DNA of 63,953 nt, counting the filler, from an uncultured Methanosarcinales archaeon (lineage in GTDB: Archaea > Nanobdellota > Nanobdellia > Woesearchaeales > JAGLXL01): NCBI GenBank assembly GCA_964472345.1. It is 4 parts of 4 records of this genome, joined end to end, with 100 filler letters (N's around TTAATTAATTAA, not from the genome) between each part and the next. Parts side by side here need not be neighbours in the genome. Positions count along the whole stretch, not along the records: positions 18,192 to 35,729 come from CAYYLB010000021.1; positions 35,830 to 52,416 come from CAYYLB010000022.1; 2 more parts are not named here. The stretch is one strand, 5' to 3'. The notes under the pieces were generated by a model, which worked only from the letters and a program-made list of their open reading frames with translations, had not been told where the DNA came from and made no database searches. Position 1 is the stretch's first letter, and each line of letters opens with the position of its first letter. A program made the translations under genes and the position numbers. This document shows positions 27,560 through 36,930 of the stretch, piece by piece.

Positions 27560-27823
27560 ATGGTTGCCGAAGAGATCGTGAAGGTGGGGAAGCGCGGGCA
27601 GATCACCATCCCGCTGCCCATCCGCAATGCGGAGCAGCTGCGCGAGGGAGACTTCCTTGAGGTCAGCGACGTCGGCGGCATTCTCGCGCTGCGCAAGGTA
27701 GAGAAAAAGCCAACTGTTCTCGATTTATTCGCGGAAGTTGGTGCTGCGCTGAGGAAGCAGGGCGTGACGACAAAAGAAAGGGCGCTTGAGCTCGCCGAGC
27801 GCATCAAACAGGGACGGGCATGA
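27560..27823 (+). CDS. AbrB/MazE-type antitoxin
   Basis: KVGKRGQITIP..IR...GD. Confidence 0.88.
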   Translation: MVAEEIVKVGKRGQITIPLPIRNAEQLREGDFLEVSDVGGILALRKVEKKPTVLDLFAEVGAALRKQGVTTKERALELAERIKQGRA

Positions 27824-28263
27824 GGATTGTTCTTGACACGAATGTGTTCGTCGCCGGGTTTGTTGCTCTCGCGGGAGATGAGGAGTCTGTCGATGCCGCG
27901 GTGCTCCGCCGTCTTTTGCTGAAGCGGGAGGTGCTGCTGCTTTCCGCCCCCCTTGAGGAGCAGCTCATGCGGGTCGTGCTTCGGGTGAAAGACAAGGATT
28001 TCGCGGGGCTCGTGAGGTACCTGCTCTGGTCTGACTTCCGCGCGGAGTTCGTTCCCCTTGAAAATGAGGAGATAAGGAAACGGTTCGAGCAGGGGGTTCC
28101 GCGCAAGGATCTTGACATCTTCCTCACGGCGCTTCTCGGCAAGGCGGACGTGCTCGTGTCAAATGATGCCGATTTCCTCAACAAAGCATCAGAGGCACGG
28201 CAATCGTTTCGGTGCGTGCGGCCGGACGGCTTTCTCAAGGAGGTTCAGGGAAAAACAGGATGA
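27820..28263 (+). CDS. PIN domain toxin
   Basis: IVLDTNV, KDLDI, LVSNDADF. Confidence 0.85.
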   Translation: MRIVLDTNVFVAGFVALAGDEESVDAAVLRRLLLKREVLLLSAPLEEQLMRVVLRVKDKDFAGLVRYLLWSDFRAEFVPLENEEIRKRFEQGVPRKDLDIFLTALLGKADVLVSNDADFLNKASEARQSFRCVRPDGFLKEVQGKTG

Positions 28264-28408
28264 GGCGGCCGGGTGCTCCTTGCTGCTTCACTTCTCTGTG
28301 GAGTCGCTCTCACCCCATATTCTACTCATTAAGCTACTGGATGGCACAATATGCGGGCGAAGGGGCACCGGTAGCCCAGAAGCTGGTGTTTCTGAGAGGG
28401 GATGGCTC

Positions 28409-29656
28409 TCACCTGTCCCACTCTATTATCATATCTCTTTTATTTTCTTCATCATGGAGCTTCTGAGCCTGAGCGCCGAGTGTAGTCATCCTTTGCACTA
28501 CCCCATCGTTTCTAGTGCATAACCGTTGGTACTCCTTCGGGAGTTCTTCCAGTTCTTTCCACTCTCTTTGACGTCGGCGCATTGCTTGTTCAACTCCGGA
28601 AGGAAGCGCGTCCAATCTCGAGCCTCCAGCTGTTGCAAGCGAGTTAAACACCTCTGTAGGATTGCACAGTATACCCCGCATTGCCAAGAAGTACGCGGCC
28701 CCAACACTATGCGGATCGCCTTCGCTCTGGTTGAACTTTTCTGCAAGCGCAGCGACTTCTGATTCGAAGTAGACCTTTGCAGCCAGCGCAGTATCCGGTC
28801 GTGTTGCATGAAGCTCCCCTAGCATAGCATCAACACATGCGTAGGCGCACGCTTCTTCGAGCGCCGAAACATCGCCTGATGGACCAGAAAGGAATGTATA
28901 GCCATGCATGTTGGCTTCCTGGTGTTGTGCCATAACGTGCCCGCTCTCATGAATGAGCGTGACGAGCTCCTGAATCCGTTGAACTCCTGCGGAAGAAACA
29001 ACGTTGCTCAGGGGGTTGTGATACCCCAAAATTCCCGGTTCTTGTTCTTCGTGCAGAAATACGACGGTGGCGGGGTACGATCTTCCTGTGAGCTGTTCGA
29101 AGAGCTCTCGTACCGTTAGTTCTGGATTAAAATCAGTAGCTGCCTCGCCGAGCACAGTTCCTGATAAATTTAATAATGCCCTTTCGATCTCGCGCTTGCG
29201 CATATCACTTTCCACACCTAGGAGAGAAACAGAGAGGATAAGGTGATCGACCTGCGCCCGTTCCACCCCCTCCACGATTGATTGGAGCATCTCTTTGCGC
29301 CGCTGCCGGTCTGTGACTGGCGAGAGTTCGCCGAACTGTTGCGTGATATCCCCAAGAGTCTTCGCATAAAGTTCATTCAAAGATTTAAGATTGCTTACCA
29401 ATTCTCTCCATTCTTGCACTGCCGCTGAAGGCGCGTAGAATCCCTCTATATTCCTGAATATTTCTGGTTGTTCTGGTGGTGATATCATAATCCTGTATGC
29501 GGGCGCTTCAACCGTTCCATATATTCTTTGGTGAGAGTACCTCCACCGCCAAGCACCCAACTCCCCAACCGCAATGCCTAGAACGAGAACTCCTGCTGCC
29601 AGTAGTGCCAAGTTTCGCAATCGTTTTCTCTTTTGTGAGGGGGCCTTCTTTTCCAT
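28409..29656 (-). CDS. Membrane-anchored hypothetical protein with HExxH zinc motif
   Basis: N-terminal TM; LIHESGH and downstream EEACA; lower GC. Confidence 0.6.
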   Translation of the reverse strand: MEKKAPSQKRKRLRNLALLAAGVLVLGIAVGELGAWRWRYSHQRIYGTVEAPAYRIMISPPEQPEIFRNIEGFYAPSAAVQEWRELVSNLKSLNELYAKTLGDITQQFGELSPVTDRQRRKEMLQSIVEGVERAQVDHLILSVSLLGVESDMRKREIERALLNLSGTVLGEAATDFNPELTVRELFEQLTGRSYPATVVFLHEEQEPGILGYHNPLSNVVSSAGVQRIQELVTLIHESGHVMAQHQEANMHGYTFLSGPSGDVSALEEACAYACVDAMLGELHATRPDTALAAKVYFESEVAALAEKFNQSEGDPHSVGAAYFLAMRGILCNPTEVFNSLATAGGSRLDALPSGVEQAMRRRQREWKELEELPKEYQRLCTRNDGVVQRMTTLGAQAQKLHDEENKRDMIIEWDR

Positions 29657-29755
29657 AGAATGATGCCACACAATCAAGTATATAAAGATTTCTAAATTAC
29701 CCACCAGTTAGTAGTGTCAAAGTAGCCAGTGCGTCAAGCGGTATCCTATCTCTTT

Positions 29756-31015
29756 TCACAGCCTCTCAAACTCCACCTTCTCTTCCTTGCCTGTCCGCAG
29801 GTCTTTCACGGTCGCCTTGCCGCGCTCTACCTCATCATCGCCGATGAATATCACCTTGCGCGCGCCGCGCCTGTCAGCATACGCAACCTGCTGCTTCACG
29901 CCCCTGCCGCTGAGGTCCATATCCACCGCGTAGCGCTTCCGCAGCACGCCGCAGAGCTTCAGCGCCTCTGCTTTCGCCTTCTCGCCAACGACGACGATGA
30001 AATAATCAGGCGCCCGCTCCGCAGCCTGCCACAGCCCATGCTCCTCCAGCAGCAGCTGCAAGGTCGCATCGCCGATGGCAAAGCCCGTTGCCGGCGTTTT
30101 TTCGCCGCCGAACTGCGCAATCAGGTCGTCATACCTCCCGCCGGCGAAGATGCTGCGCATCGCTTCCTTTGCGTCGAAGCACTCGAAGACGGTACCAGTG
30201 TAATACTCAAGGCCGCGGGCGGTCGCAGGATCAATCTGGCAGTACGGCTCCATACCCATCCACTTCAGCGCTTTGATGACTGCCTCAAGCTCCGCAAGGC
30301 CGCGGGCAGCTTCATCATTGAGGAACGGCAGCTTTTTGACGGCAGCAATGCTCCGCGCATCGAGCAGCGTCATGATCCCCTTGATCTGCGTCGGGCTGAG
30401 CTTCAGGTCATTCAGGCTGCCCGCAAACGCTTCCCTGCCCATCTTGCCGCTCTTGTCAATCAGCCGGATGGTGCCCGCGGCATCCTTGATCTTCAGTCCA
30501 TTCAGCAGCCCCTCAAGCAGCTTGCGGTTGTTCAGCTTCACCACAAACTGGCCTTTCTTCAGCCCCAGGCTGAGCAGGAAGCCGACGGCAAGCGCAATCA
30601 CTTCCGCGTCCGCTTCCGGCTTGTCAGAGCCGAACAGCTCGGCGCCCATCTGGTAAAACTCGCGCAGCCTGCCTGCCTGCGGCCGCTCATAGCGCCACAG
30701 CCGGTCAGCATAGAACCACTTCACCGGCTTCGCAAGCTCCTTCTGCTTCTGCACGAACAGCCGCGCCGCAGGGACGGTAAGGTCAAAACGCAGCCCGAAC
30801 TGCTCCGCTCCGCGCTTCTCCAGCACGAAGATCTCTTCCTTGATGGCATCGCCTGCCTTTGCCGTGAGCAGGTCAAGCTGCTCGAACACCGGCGTCTCGA
30901 TCTCGCCGTAGCCGTAGCGCATGGCAAGAGAGCGGAACCTGTCGAAGAGCGCATGGCGCGCTGCTTTCTCTGCAGGATAAAAATCCCTTGTTCCCTTGGG
31001 TTTTTGGTAGGCCAT
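29756..31015 (-). CDS. hisS: Histidine--tRNA ligase
   Basis: KGTRDF, LRFDLT, RYERPQAGRLREF, RGLEYYTG, GGRYD. Confidence 0.96.
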   Translation of the reverse strand: MAYQKPKGTRDFYPAEKAARHALFDRFRSLAMRYGYGEIETPVFEQLDLLTAKAGDAIKEEIFVLEKRGAEQFGLRFDLTVPAARLFVQKQKELAKPVKWFYADRLWRYERPQAGRLREFYQMGAELFGSDKPEADAEVIALAVGFLLSLGLKKGQFVVKLNNRKLLEGLLNGLKIKDAAGTIRLIDKSGKMGREAFAGSLNDLKLSPTQIKGIMTLLDARSIAAVKKLPFLNDEAARGLAELEAVIKALKWMGMEPYCQIDPATARGLEYYTGTVFECFDAKEAMRSIFAGGRYDDLIAQFGGEKTPATGFAIGDATLQLLLEEHGLWQAAERAPDYFIVVVGEKAKAEALKLCGVLRKRYAVDMDLSGRGVKQQVAYADRRGARKVIFIGDDEVERGKATVKDLRTGKEEKVEFERL

Positions 31016-31427
31016 AGCCGCCATTATTCTCGAGCGCTTTATATAGATTTTGACGGCAGCGGCACGCGTGTCCTTTTTTACGGCATGGGATGCGCGAGAA
31101 CGCGTCGGCAGATGCGGGTTTGGTCGCAACGAACGCTGCAGTAGTTTTCACGGACGCCGCCGAAATACTCCCTGCAGGTTTAGTTGTGTTGATGCGTATA
31201 ATACCCTAACAGGAAACCGGCAGAGTGCTTCACGACTGACAAGATTCGCCCCGCAGCTGCCGCCTCGAACGTGACAAAGTGGTACGCAAGGAACTCCTCG
31301 GTTGAAGCGAAGCCCACCGCCGAAGACGAACTGCTGAAACACGCTCATGTATAGCGTCAAGCATATAAATCTATAAATAGGCTCATGGCGAAGAAACATG
31401 CATCAAATGCATCTGAAGAGGCACGCT

Positions 31428-31646
31428 ATGGCACTCCACCTTTTTAAGCAACGATCCGGAAAGCCCATCGAACTCGACAAAGCCAACGCGAACGACTTCC
31501 GGGGGGAATGGTTAGCCCTTGTTGATAATAAGATTGTTGCCCATCACCGCGAGCTCTCGAATGTGATGGGATTGACACGCGGCAAGCATCGGGGTAGCGA
31601 GCCGAGGTATGTGCGCGTTCCCCTAAGCAACGTCGCGATGTACTGA
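31428..31646 (+). CDS. DUF5678-like small protein
   Basis: FRGEWLALVDNKIVAH; start could be 31398. Confidence 0.7.
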   Translation: MALHLFKQRSGKPIELDKANANDFRGEWLALVDNKIVAHHRELSNVMGLTRGKHRGSEPRYVRVPLSNVAMY

Positions 31647-32051
31647 CCTAGGTGAAATACTTCTCTTCTCAATGATGACCTCCTTTGAGGTTTCGTCGAA
31701 TGTCACCCGATACCGCTCAAAGAAGCCTTCTCTCCCCAGAAGCGGTTCCATCTGGTCAATGTCAGAAAAAAATGCGGGAATCGGGAACTCCTCATCCCTG
31801 AGGCGGATGGTGGCGGTGCCGCTCCAGCAGGCGATTTCTTCTCCATGCGCGCATTCGGCCCGGGCATCCGGAGGTTGTGTATAATCAATCCCCAGGAGCA
31901 CGCCGACGGTTTTGGGAAAAAGGCTCCGGTTTGCACCGGAATCGACGATGCAGACAAAGGTTCCGGCACCCTTGATGCTGATGTCGAGCAGTGGCTGAAG
32001 AGGGTAGCCGGGAATCAGCGACTTGTAGGGGAATCTCTCAACAGCTTTCAT
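31623..32051 (-). CDS. Retropepsin-like aspartic protease
   Basis: IVDSGA and LLGR motifs. Confidence 0.82.
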   Translation of the reverse strand: MKAVERFPYKSLIPGYPLQPLLDISIKGAGTFVCIVDSGANRSLFPKTVGVLLGIDYTQPPDARAECAHGEEIACWSGTATIRLRDEEFPIPAFFSDIDQMEPLLGREGFFERYRVTFDETSKEVIIEKRSISPRSVHRDVA

Positions 32052-32299
32052 CAGCCTGCTGCATTTCCCGTCATTATTTAAGTGTTTATGTCCTTTAAAG
32101 CGGCACGCGTGTCCGTTTTACACAAACACTTACGACGCTTCCGCCATTGGGCGATGCGATAGATGAAGAACGAACTAGGAGAAAGCCCCCACGTGGCGCA
32201 CGCCTTCCTTTTCGCTGACGGTGGGCAGGTACTTCGTGCAACTCGAGAGCCTCCGTTCGTTGGCAAGATCGAAAAAGGTTTATAAGCCCGCTTCTCCTC

Positions 32300-32869
32300 A
32301 TGCAGCTGATGGAACGCGCGGTCAGCGATAAGAACATCCTGCGAAGGTTCTGCAACGAGTTCTGCCCCGTTATTGAAAAATATACACACTATATGATTGT
32401 GGCCGGCTTTTTGGCGATAGCGACGGGCAGGACGCGGGGGACGGAAGATATTGACATGATTGCCGGAAGGATGGACAAGCCACATTTCGTGCAGATGCAT
32501 AAGAATCTTACGGCGAACGGATTTGTTTGCATGCAATCCGACGACCCTGGGAGTATCTACGATGATTATCTGGCAGAGAACGTCGGTGTCCGCTACACAT
32601 GGAAGGATATGCCGGTGCCTGAGATGGAAATGAAGTTTGCGAAGGACCGCATCGACGAGCTTGGGCTACGGGAGAGAGTGAAGATACCCCTCACGAACCT
32701 TGAGGTGTGGTTCGCCCCTGTCGAGATGAACATCGCATTCAAAGAAGAGTATCTGAAATCGGACAAGGATATGGAAGACGCAAGGCACCTGCGCCTCATA
32801 TTCTCAGGTGAAATAAGCGAAGAAAGGGTTAAATGCTACAAGGGCCTGATACGCCAGGTACGACCATGA
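32300..32869 (+). CDS. Nucleotidyltransferase-like protein (DUF6036/AbiEii-like)
   Basis: IVAG..A...GR.RGTEDID; C-terminal KD.ED. Confidence 0.7.
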   Translation: MQLMERAVSDKNILRRFCNEFCPVIEKYTHYMIVAGFLAIATGRTRGTEDIDMIAGRMDKPHFVQMHKNLTANGFVCMQSDDPGSIYDDYLAENVGVRYTWKDMPVPEMEMKFAKDRIDELGLRERVKIPLTNLEVWFAPVEMNIAFKEEYLKSDKDMEDARHLRLIFSGEISEERVKCYKGLIRQVRP

Positions 32870-33084
32870 GAGACAAGACCCACATGGAACAGGTAGAGCG
32901 CTGGGCGCACTATGTTAAAACAGATCCACGGTGGAGGGATGCCCACGACCAGTTTATCAACGCCCAGTACGAAATGGCTCACGCGTTTATTAAACGGTTA
33001 GCGAAGCAGCCCGGCGGCAAAGAAAAGATTATCAAGCTCTACGGCATAAGGAACAGGAAAGGGTATCCAAAGCTCCTTGGCTAG
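32866..33084 (+). CDS. Hypothetical small protein coupled to the NTase
   Basis: ATGA overlap with upstream gene; 72 aa. Confidence 0.7.
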   Translation: MRDKTHMEQVERWAHYVKTDPRWRDAHDQFINAQYEMAHAFIKRLAKQPGGKEKIIKLYGIRNRKGYPKLLG

Positions 33085-33683
33085 CGCTTCCCCTTGTAGC
33101 GCCCCCGCTTCTTCACATCCTCATAGCGTGCAAGCACCGCCGCTGCCTCCGGGTACGCTTCCCGGTACGCGGCAAGCACCAGCTCCATGCTCTTCGGATA
33201 GGTTCGGTAATGCCTGCTTTCCAGCGCCCGGTCGAGCAGGTGCAGGTCAACCGCCTTGTCCTCGACGCGCCTGGACAGGAAGCCCAGCCCGAAGTCGATG
33301 AAGAAAATCTCCTTGCTGAGGATCATGTTGCTGGTGGTGACGTCGCCGTGGATGATGTGCTGCGCGTGGAGCTGCGCGAGCTTCCTGCCGATTTCCGGCG
33401 CGAGCTGCTGGTGCTGCCGGTCAAAGACGTCCCTGACGAGCGGCCCTTCGATGAACTCCATCTCCAGCAGGCCGCGCTGCTCCTCTGCATTGGTAAGGCG
33501 CGGCGCAGGGAACTCAAGCTTCTGCAGCCGCGTGAGCATGCGCGCCTCGTGGCGCGTCCGCAGCGTGCGCAGCTGCCGGTCAATCGCCGCATGGCGGTAG
33601 CGCTTGCGGATGCGGTGCTTCACGATCCGATTTCCTCTGCGCAGGATGAGCGCTTCGGCGCCGAGGGCGAGTGGTGGGTTCAT
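33081..33683 (-). CDS. bud32: KEOPS kinase/ATPase Bud32
   Basis: GAEA, HGDVTTSN, IDFGL, DKAVDL, RGRY. Confidence 0.94.
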   Translation of the reverse strand: MNPPLALGAEALILRRGNRIVKHRIRKRYRHAAIDRQLRTLRTRHEARMLTRLQKLEFPAPRLTNAEEQRGLLEMEFIEGPLVRDVFDRQHQQLAPEIGRKLAQLHAQHIIHGDVTTSNMILSKEIFFIDFGLGFLSRRVEDKAVDLHLLDRALESRHYRTYPKSMELVLAAYREAYPEAAAVLARYEDVKKRGRYKGKR

Positions 33684-33770
33684 TCCTGCCGCAGAAGTGC
33701 GCTGCCTTTTATGCTTTTGCAACAGTGAAAAGCGAAAAATATTTATACAAAATACTACATCTGTATACAA

Positions 33771-34067
33771 ATGAGCGAAATCCTGAGCGTGCGGCTTCCA
33801 ACACCGGATCTGAAAGAGCTGCAGCGCCTCTCAGTTGAAGAGGGAAAGAAGAAGTCCGAGCTCCTGCGTGAGGTCATTCACCGGGGCTTGCGGCAGCAGA
33901 GGCTGGAGTTTGCGCTGGAAAAGTTCAGGAACAAAGAAGCGACTGCAGCAAAAGCGGCGCGCCTCGCCGGGATTCCGCTGACTGCGTTTCTTGATTTCCT
34001 GCAGGAGAGGGGTGTTGATTTCCATTACACCGAAAAGGAGCTTGAAGAAGAGTTTCAGGCCCTATGA
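33771..34067 (+). CDS. UPF0175 family RHH/HTH antitoxin
   Basis: LSVRLP..KSELLR; KAARLAGI. Confidence 0.8.
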   Translation: MSEILSVRLPTPDLKELQRLSVEEGKKKSELLREVIHRGLRQQRLEFALEKFRNKEATAAKAARLAGIPLTAFLDFLQERGVDFHYTEKELEEEFQAL

Positions 34068-34582
34068 TTTCGGACGCTTCGCCGCTGATCATCTACGGCA
34101 CCATCAACAGGCTCGGGCTGCTGCGCGACGTGCTTGGCGACCTGGTGATTGCGGAAGCTGTCTTCCGCGAAGTGGTGGTCCGCGGCAAAGAGATCAGCAG
34201 TCCGGACGCCTTTCTCATTGAGGATGCGGTGAAACGGCGCTGGATTCGCGTCGTTGCGCTCAACGAGGAGCACCAGCGGAAGGCAGCAAGGCTCCTCGAG
34301 CTCTACACGCAACTTGATGCCGGGGAAGCTGAGACGATTGCGCTCGCGCTGCAGCGGAAGCAGAAAGGAGTGCTCATCGATGGGGAGATCGCCCGGAAAG
34401 TCGCGCGTTTCCACGGGCTCACGCCGCGCGGAAGCCTCGGTGTGCTGCTGCTTGCCGTAAAAAGCGGACGGATAACCTCAACGGAAGCCGAGGAGCTGCT
34501 TGCGATGATGCTATCCACCAAGTTCAGGATCTCCGCCAGCGTGCTGGGGCGGTTTCATCTGCTGCTGCGGAAAGTCAGATGA
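34064..34582 (+). CDS. DUF3368 family PIN domain protein
   Basis: ISDASPLI, LDAGEAETIALA, GSLGVL. Confidence 0.85.
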   Translation: MISDASPLIIYGTINRLGLLRDVLGDLVIAEAVFREVVVRGKEISSPDAFLIEDAVKRRWIRVVALNEEHQRKAARLLELYTQLDAGEAETIALALQRKQKGVLIDGEIARKVARFHGLTPRGSLGVLLLAVKSGRITSTEAEELLAMMLSTKFRISASVLGRFHLLLRKVR

Positions 34583-34722
34583 GCGCGGCGGCTGCGTCGG
34601 AATGAAATGCAAAGCGGCGGCCGCGGACAGGAAAGAATGGAATGTGTGCGGAAGAGTTGCTGCGATTTTTTATAGGGGTGCAGGGGGGCCGTAGCACTCA
34701 AAGGCGCGATGGGAGAATCCGC

Positions 34723-35586
34723 TTACGCTGCATTACGCCGCTTATAGTGGTCGCTGCCTTCGGAGACGTGAGGGATACTGCCTTGAGCTTCCGGCTCCTT
34801 TTTCTTGAGACCATACTTTTCGTATCCGTGCTCTCCCCACTTTCCTGTTTTGAGTGCGCTTATGATATGTATCAACTCGCCATAGGACAGTTGGATAAAT
34901 CTTAGCTTATTCTCAACTTCAAGTCCCGCTTTTTCGACATGGGGCTTTAGGTATTTTGCTAGCTCTACGGGGTGGTATTTTGTGAAGTGGTGTGCTGCAT
35001 ATTTTTCTACGATAACATCAAGTGCTTTCTGCGCATGTTTGGTCTGGTTTTCCCGCAAATGACGCTTCAGGTGACCGAGGGTGAGCTTCTTGCTTTTCGC
35101 GAACGTTTCTGCAATCCCTGTCAGCCCTTCGCCCTTTCTGACATCCGCGCCGATGTGGTCGTCATACTGGGCAGTCAGAAACTGGTACTGTTCCTCCACA
35201 TCGTCAACTCCGTTCTCTTCGAGCGCTTCAACGATGGAAGGCTGAACTTTTTTGAAGTACGCTTTCAGACCCTCAACGATCGCCTTCTGGAGTTCCTCTT
35301 TCTTATCTTCCGTCTTTGTATCATCCCCACCAATTCCTTTAAGGTGCTCGGTTGCCTTCTCGTAGAGTTTGTCGTGTGCAGGAGTGAAGACCTTGTTATA
35401 GAGATCGTTTAGGTTTTCCTCTTTTGTGAACTCCTCGTAATTTTTGAGCGATCCTTTGATTTCCTTGGAAGGATTCTCCTTGAGATCAGCAAAGAAATCA
35501 TCAAGGTGCCTATACTCTCCGTTGTTGTTGCGGTCCCTGCGCCCCCCCTTGTTTCCGGTCATTCTTGCTTCGAGTGTATTGGCCAT
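34723..35586 (-). CDS. Hypothetical protein (charged, helical)
   Basis: 287-aa ORF with protein-like composition; TATA-like element upstream. Confidence 0.7.
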   Translation of the reverse strand: MANTLEARMTGNKGGRRDRNNNGEYRHLDDFFADLKENPSKEIKGSLKNYEEFTKEENLNDLYNKVFTPAHDKLYEKATEHLKGIGGDDTKTEDKKEELQKAIVEGLKAYFKKVQPSIVEALEENGVDDVEEQYQFLTAQYDDHIGADVRKGEGLTGIAETFAKSKKLTLGHLKRHLRENQTKHAQKALDVIVEKYAAHHFTKYHPVELAKYLKPHVEKAGLEVENKLRFIQLSYGELIHIISALKTGKWGEHGYEKYGLKKKEPEAQGSIPHVSEGSDHYKRRNAA

Positions 35587-35729
35587 AGTATTTAAAGTTT
35601 CTCCACACATTCTAAATTTTCACCACCGCAGGAGAGTTAAAACTTATAAACTTTTCGCTTCTACGGATGGAAAATGACCAAAACGTCCCACTCTTCGCTG
35701 GTCGGGCAGCCAAGTCTTTAAAAATGGCT

Positions 35730-35829
35730 NNNNNNNNNNNNNNNNNNNNNNNNNNNNNNNNNNNNNNNNNNNNTTAATTAATTAANNNNNNNNNNNNNNN
35801 NNNNNNNNNNNNNNNNNNNNNNNNNNNNN
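35730..35829. other. Artificial contig linker
   Basis: 100-nt N-run with TTAATTAATTAA. Confidence 0.97.
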
Positions 35830-35830
35830 A

Positions 35831-36583
35831 TTAGTGCTTCTTCTCGTTTTTGTGCAGGTGCCTTAAAGCGTGGGTGAGAGCTGCCACATACGCATCGTTC
35901 AGCCCTCCGAGGCGGTAGATGACCACTTCGCTGATGCCAAGCGATGCAGCGAGCTCCACATCATGCGCAAGCTGCTTCGGCGGAAGGAGCGGCTCGGTTC
36001 CAAGAATGCCGCGCGCAATCGTCCCGAACGCGGGGATGCAGCTGTTTCCCCAGTTGCTTTTCGCTGCGGTAAGCGCTTTGGCGAGGTCACGGCGGTGCAT
36101 TGACTGATAGAGCATCAGAATCCTGTGCGTCCGGAAGCGCAGCGGATCGACGTGAAGGCCAAGCAGCGCGGCAAGCGCCGTGTTCATGGCATATTCCGCC
36201 GTAAAGACGCGCGGGTGGCCTGCGATGAAGCCGTCGATGAGCTTCCTGTTTCGCAGCAGGTTGGGGATCTGCGACACCGCCAGCAGGGGATTCCGCAATG
36301 GAAGCTCAAGATCGAGCATGACGGGCACCGTTGAATGCCGCAGCTCGCGGAAGATGCGCTGCAACGCCGCGCGCCTGCTGAACGGTGATATCCAGTAGCC
36401 TTCGCTTTGCGCAAGCGTCGGCCAGTAGACGCATTCCTTGACATGCCGTTTGATGCGGGACGAGAGGCGCGAGAATTCCCGCAGGCTTGGCGCTGCGAGA
36501 TAAAGCCGCACCGGCCAGCTGACAAGCTTGAGCTTCGTGAGGTTTTCCTGCGTCGGAAATTCCTCGAAGAAGCTGATGAGCAT
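35831..36583 (-). CDS. Hypothetical protein (possible TIM-barrel-like)
   Basis: 250-aa ORF; VMLDLELP, VVIYRLGG. Confidence 0.7.
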   Translation of the reverse strand: MLISFFEEFPTQENLTKLKLVSWPVRLYLAAPSLREFSRLSSRIKRHVKECVYWPTLAQSEGYWISPFSRRAALQRIFRELRHSTVPVMLDLELPLRNPLLAVSQIPNLLRNRKLIDGFIAGHPRVFTAEYAMNTALAALLGLHVDPLRFRTHRILMLYQSMHRRDLAKALTAAKSNWGNSCIPAFGTIARGILGTEPLLPPKQLAHDVELAASLGISEVVIYRLGGLNDAYVAALTHALRHLHKNEKKH

Positions 36584-36619
36584 GCATCCGGAAACACGGG
36601 AGAGCTTAAAAAACTATTC

Positions 36620-36752
36620 GTATTTGTTTAGCACCCTAAGGTCGAAATTCCTTCGGCGCAGATCATCGAGGGCGTCGCGGGGGGACGCCCCATACGGGGA
36701 CGCAGCCCCATCGATGACATGAGCATGAATTTCGAAGGTGCTAAACAAATAC
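36620..36752. mobile_element. MITE C, 133 bp
   Basis: Perfect 16-bp TIR GTATTTGTTTAGCACC; perfect 8-bp TSD AACTATTC (36612-36619/36753-36760). Confidence 0.9.
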
Positions 36753-36930
36753 AACTATTCAATGCATGGGGGTATGGTGCGAAGCTCCATTTGCTGTGGC
36801 GGATACCGTTCCGTTGCTCAGCTTTCTCGCCCTCCAGCACGCACCGATTCTGAAGCGGTAGCACTCTTGCCGCGCAATCGAGGTTCTGTCGCTTTTTCGG
36901 GACTTAAAAACGGGTGTCGCAAAGATGACC

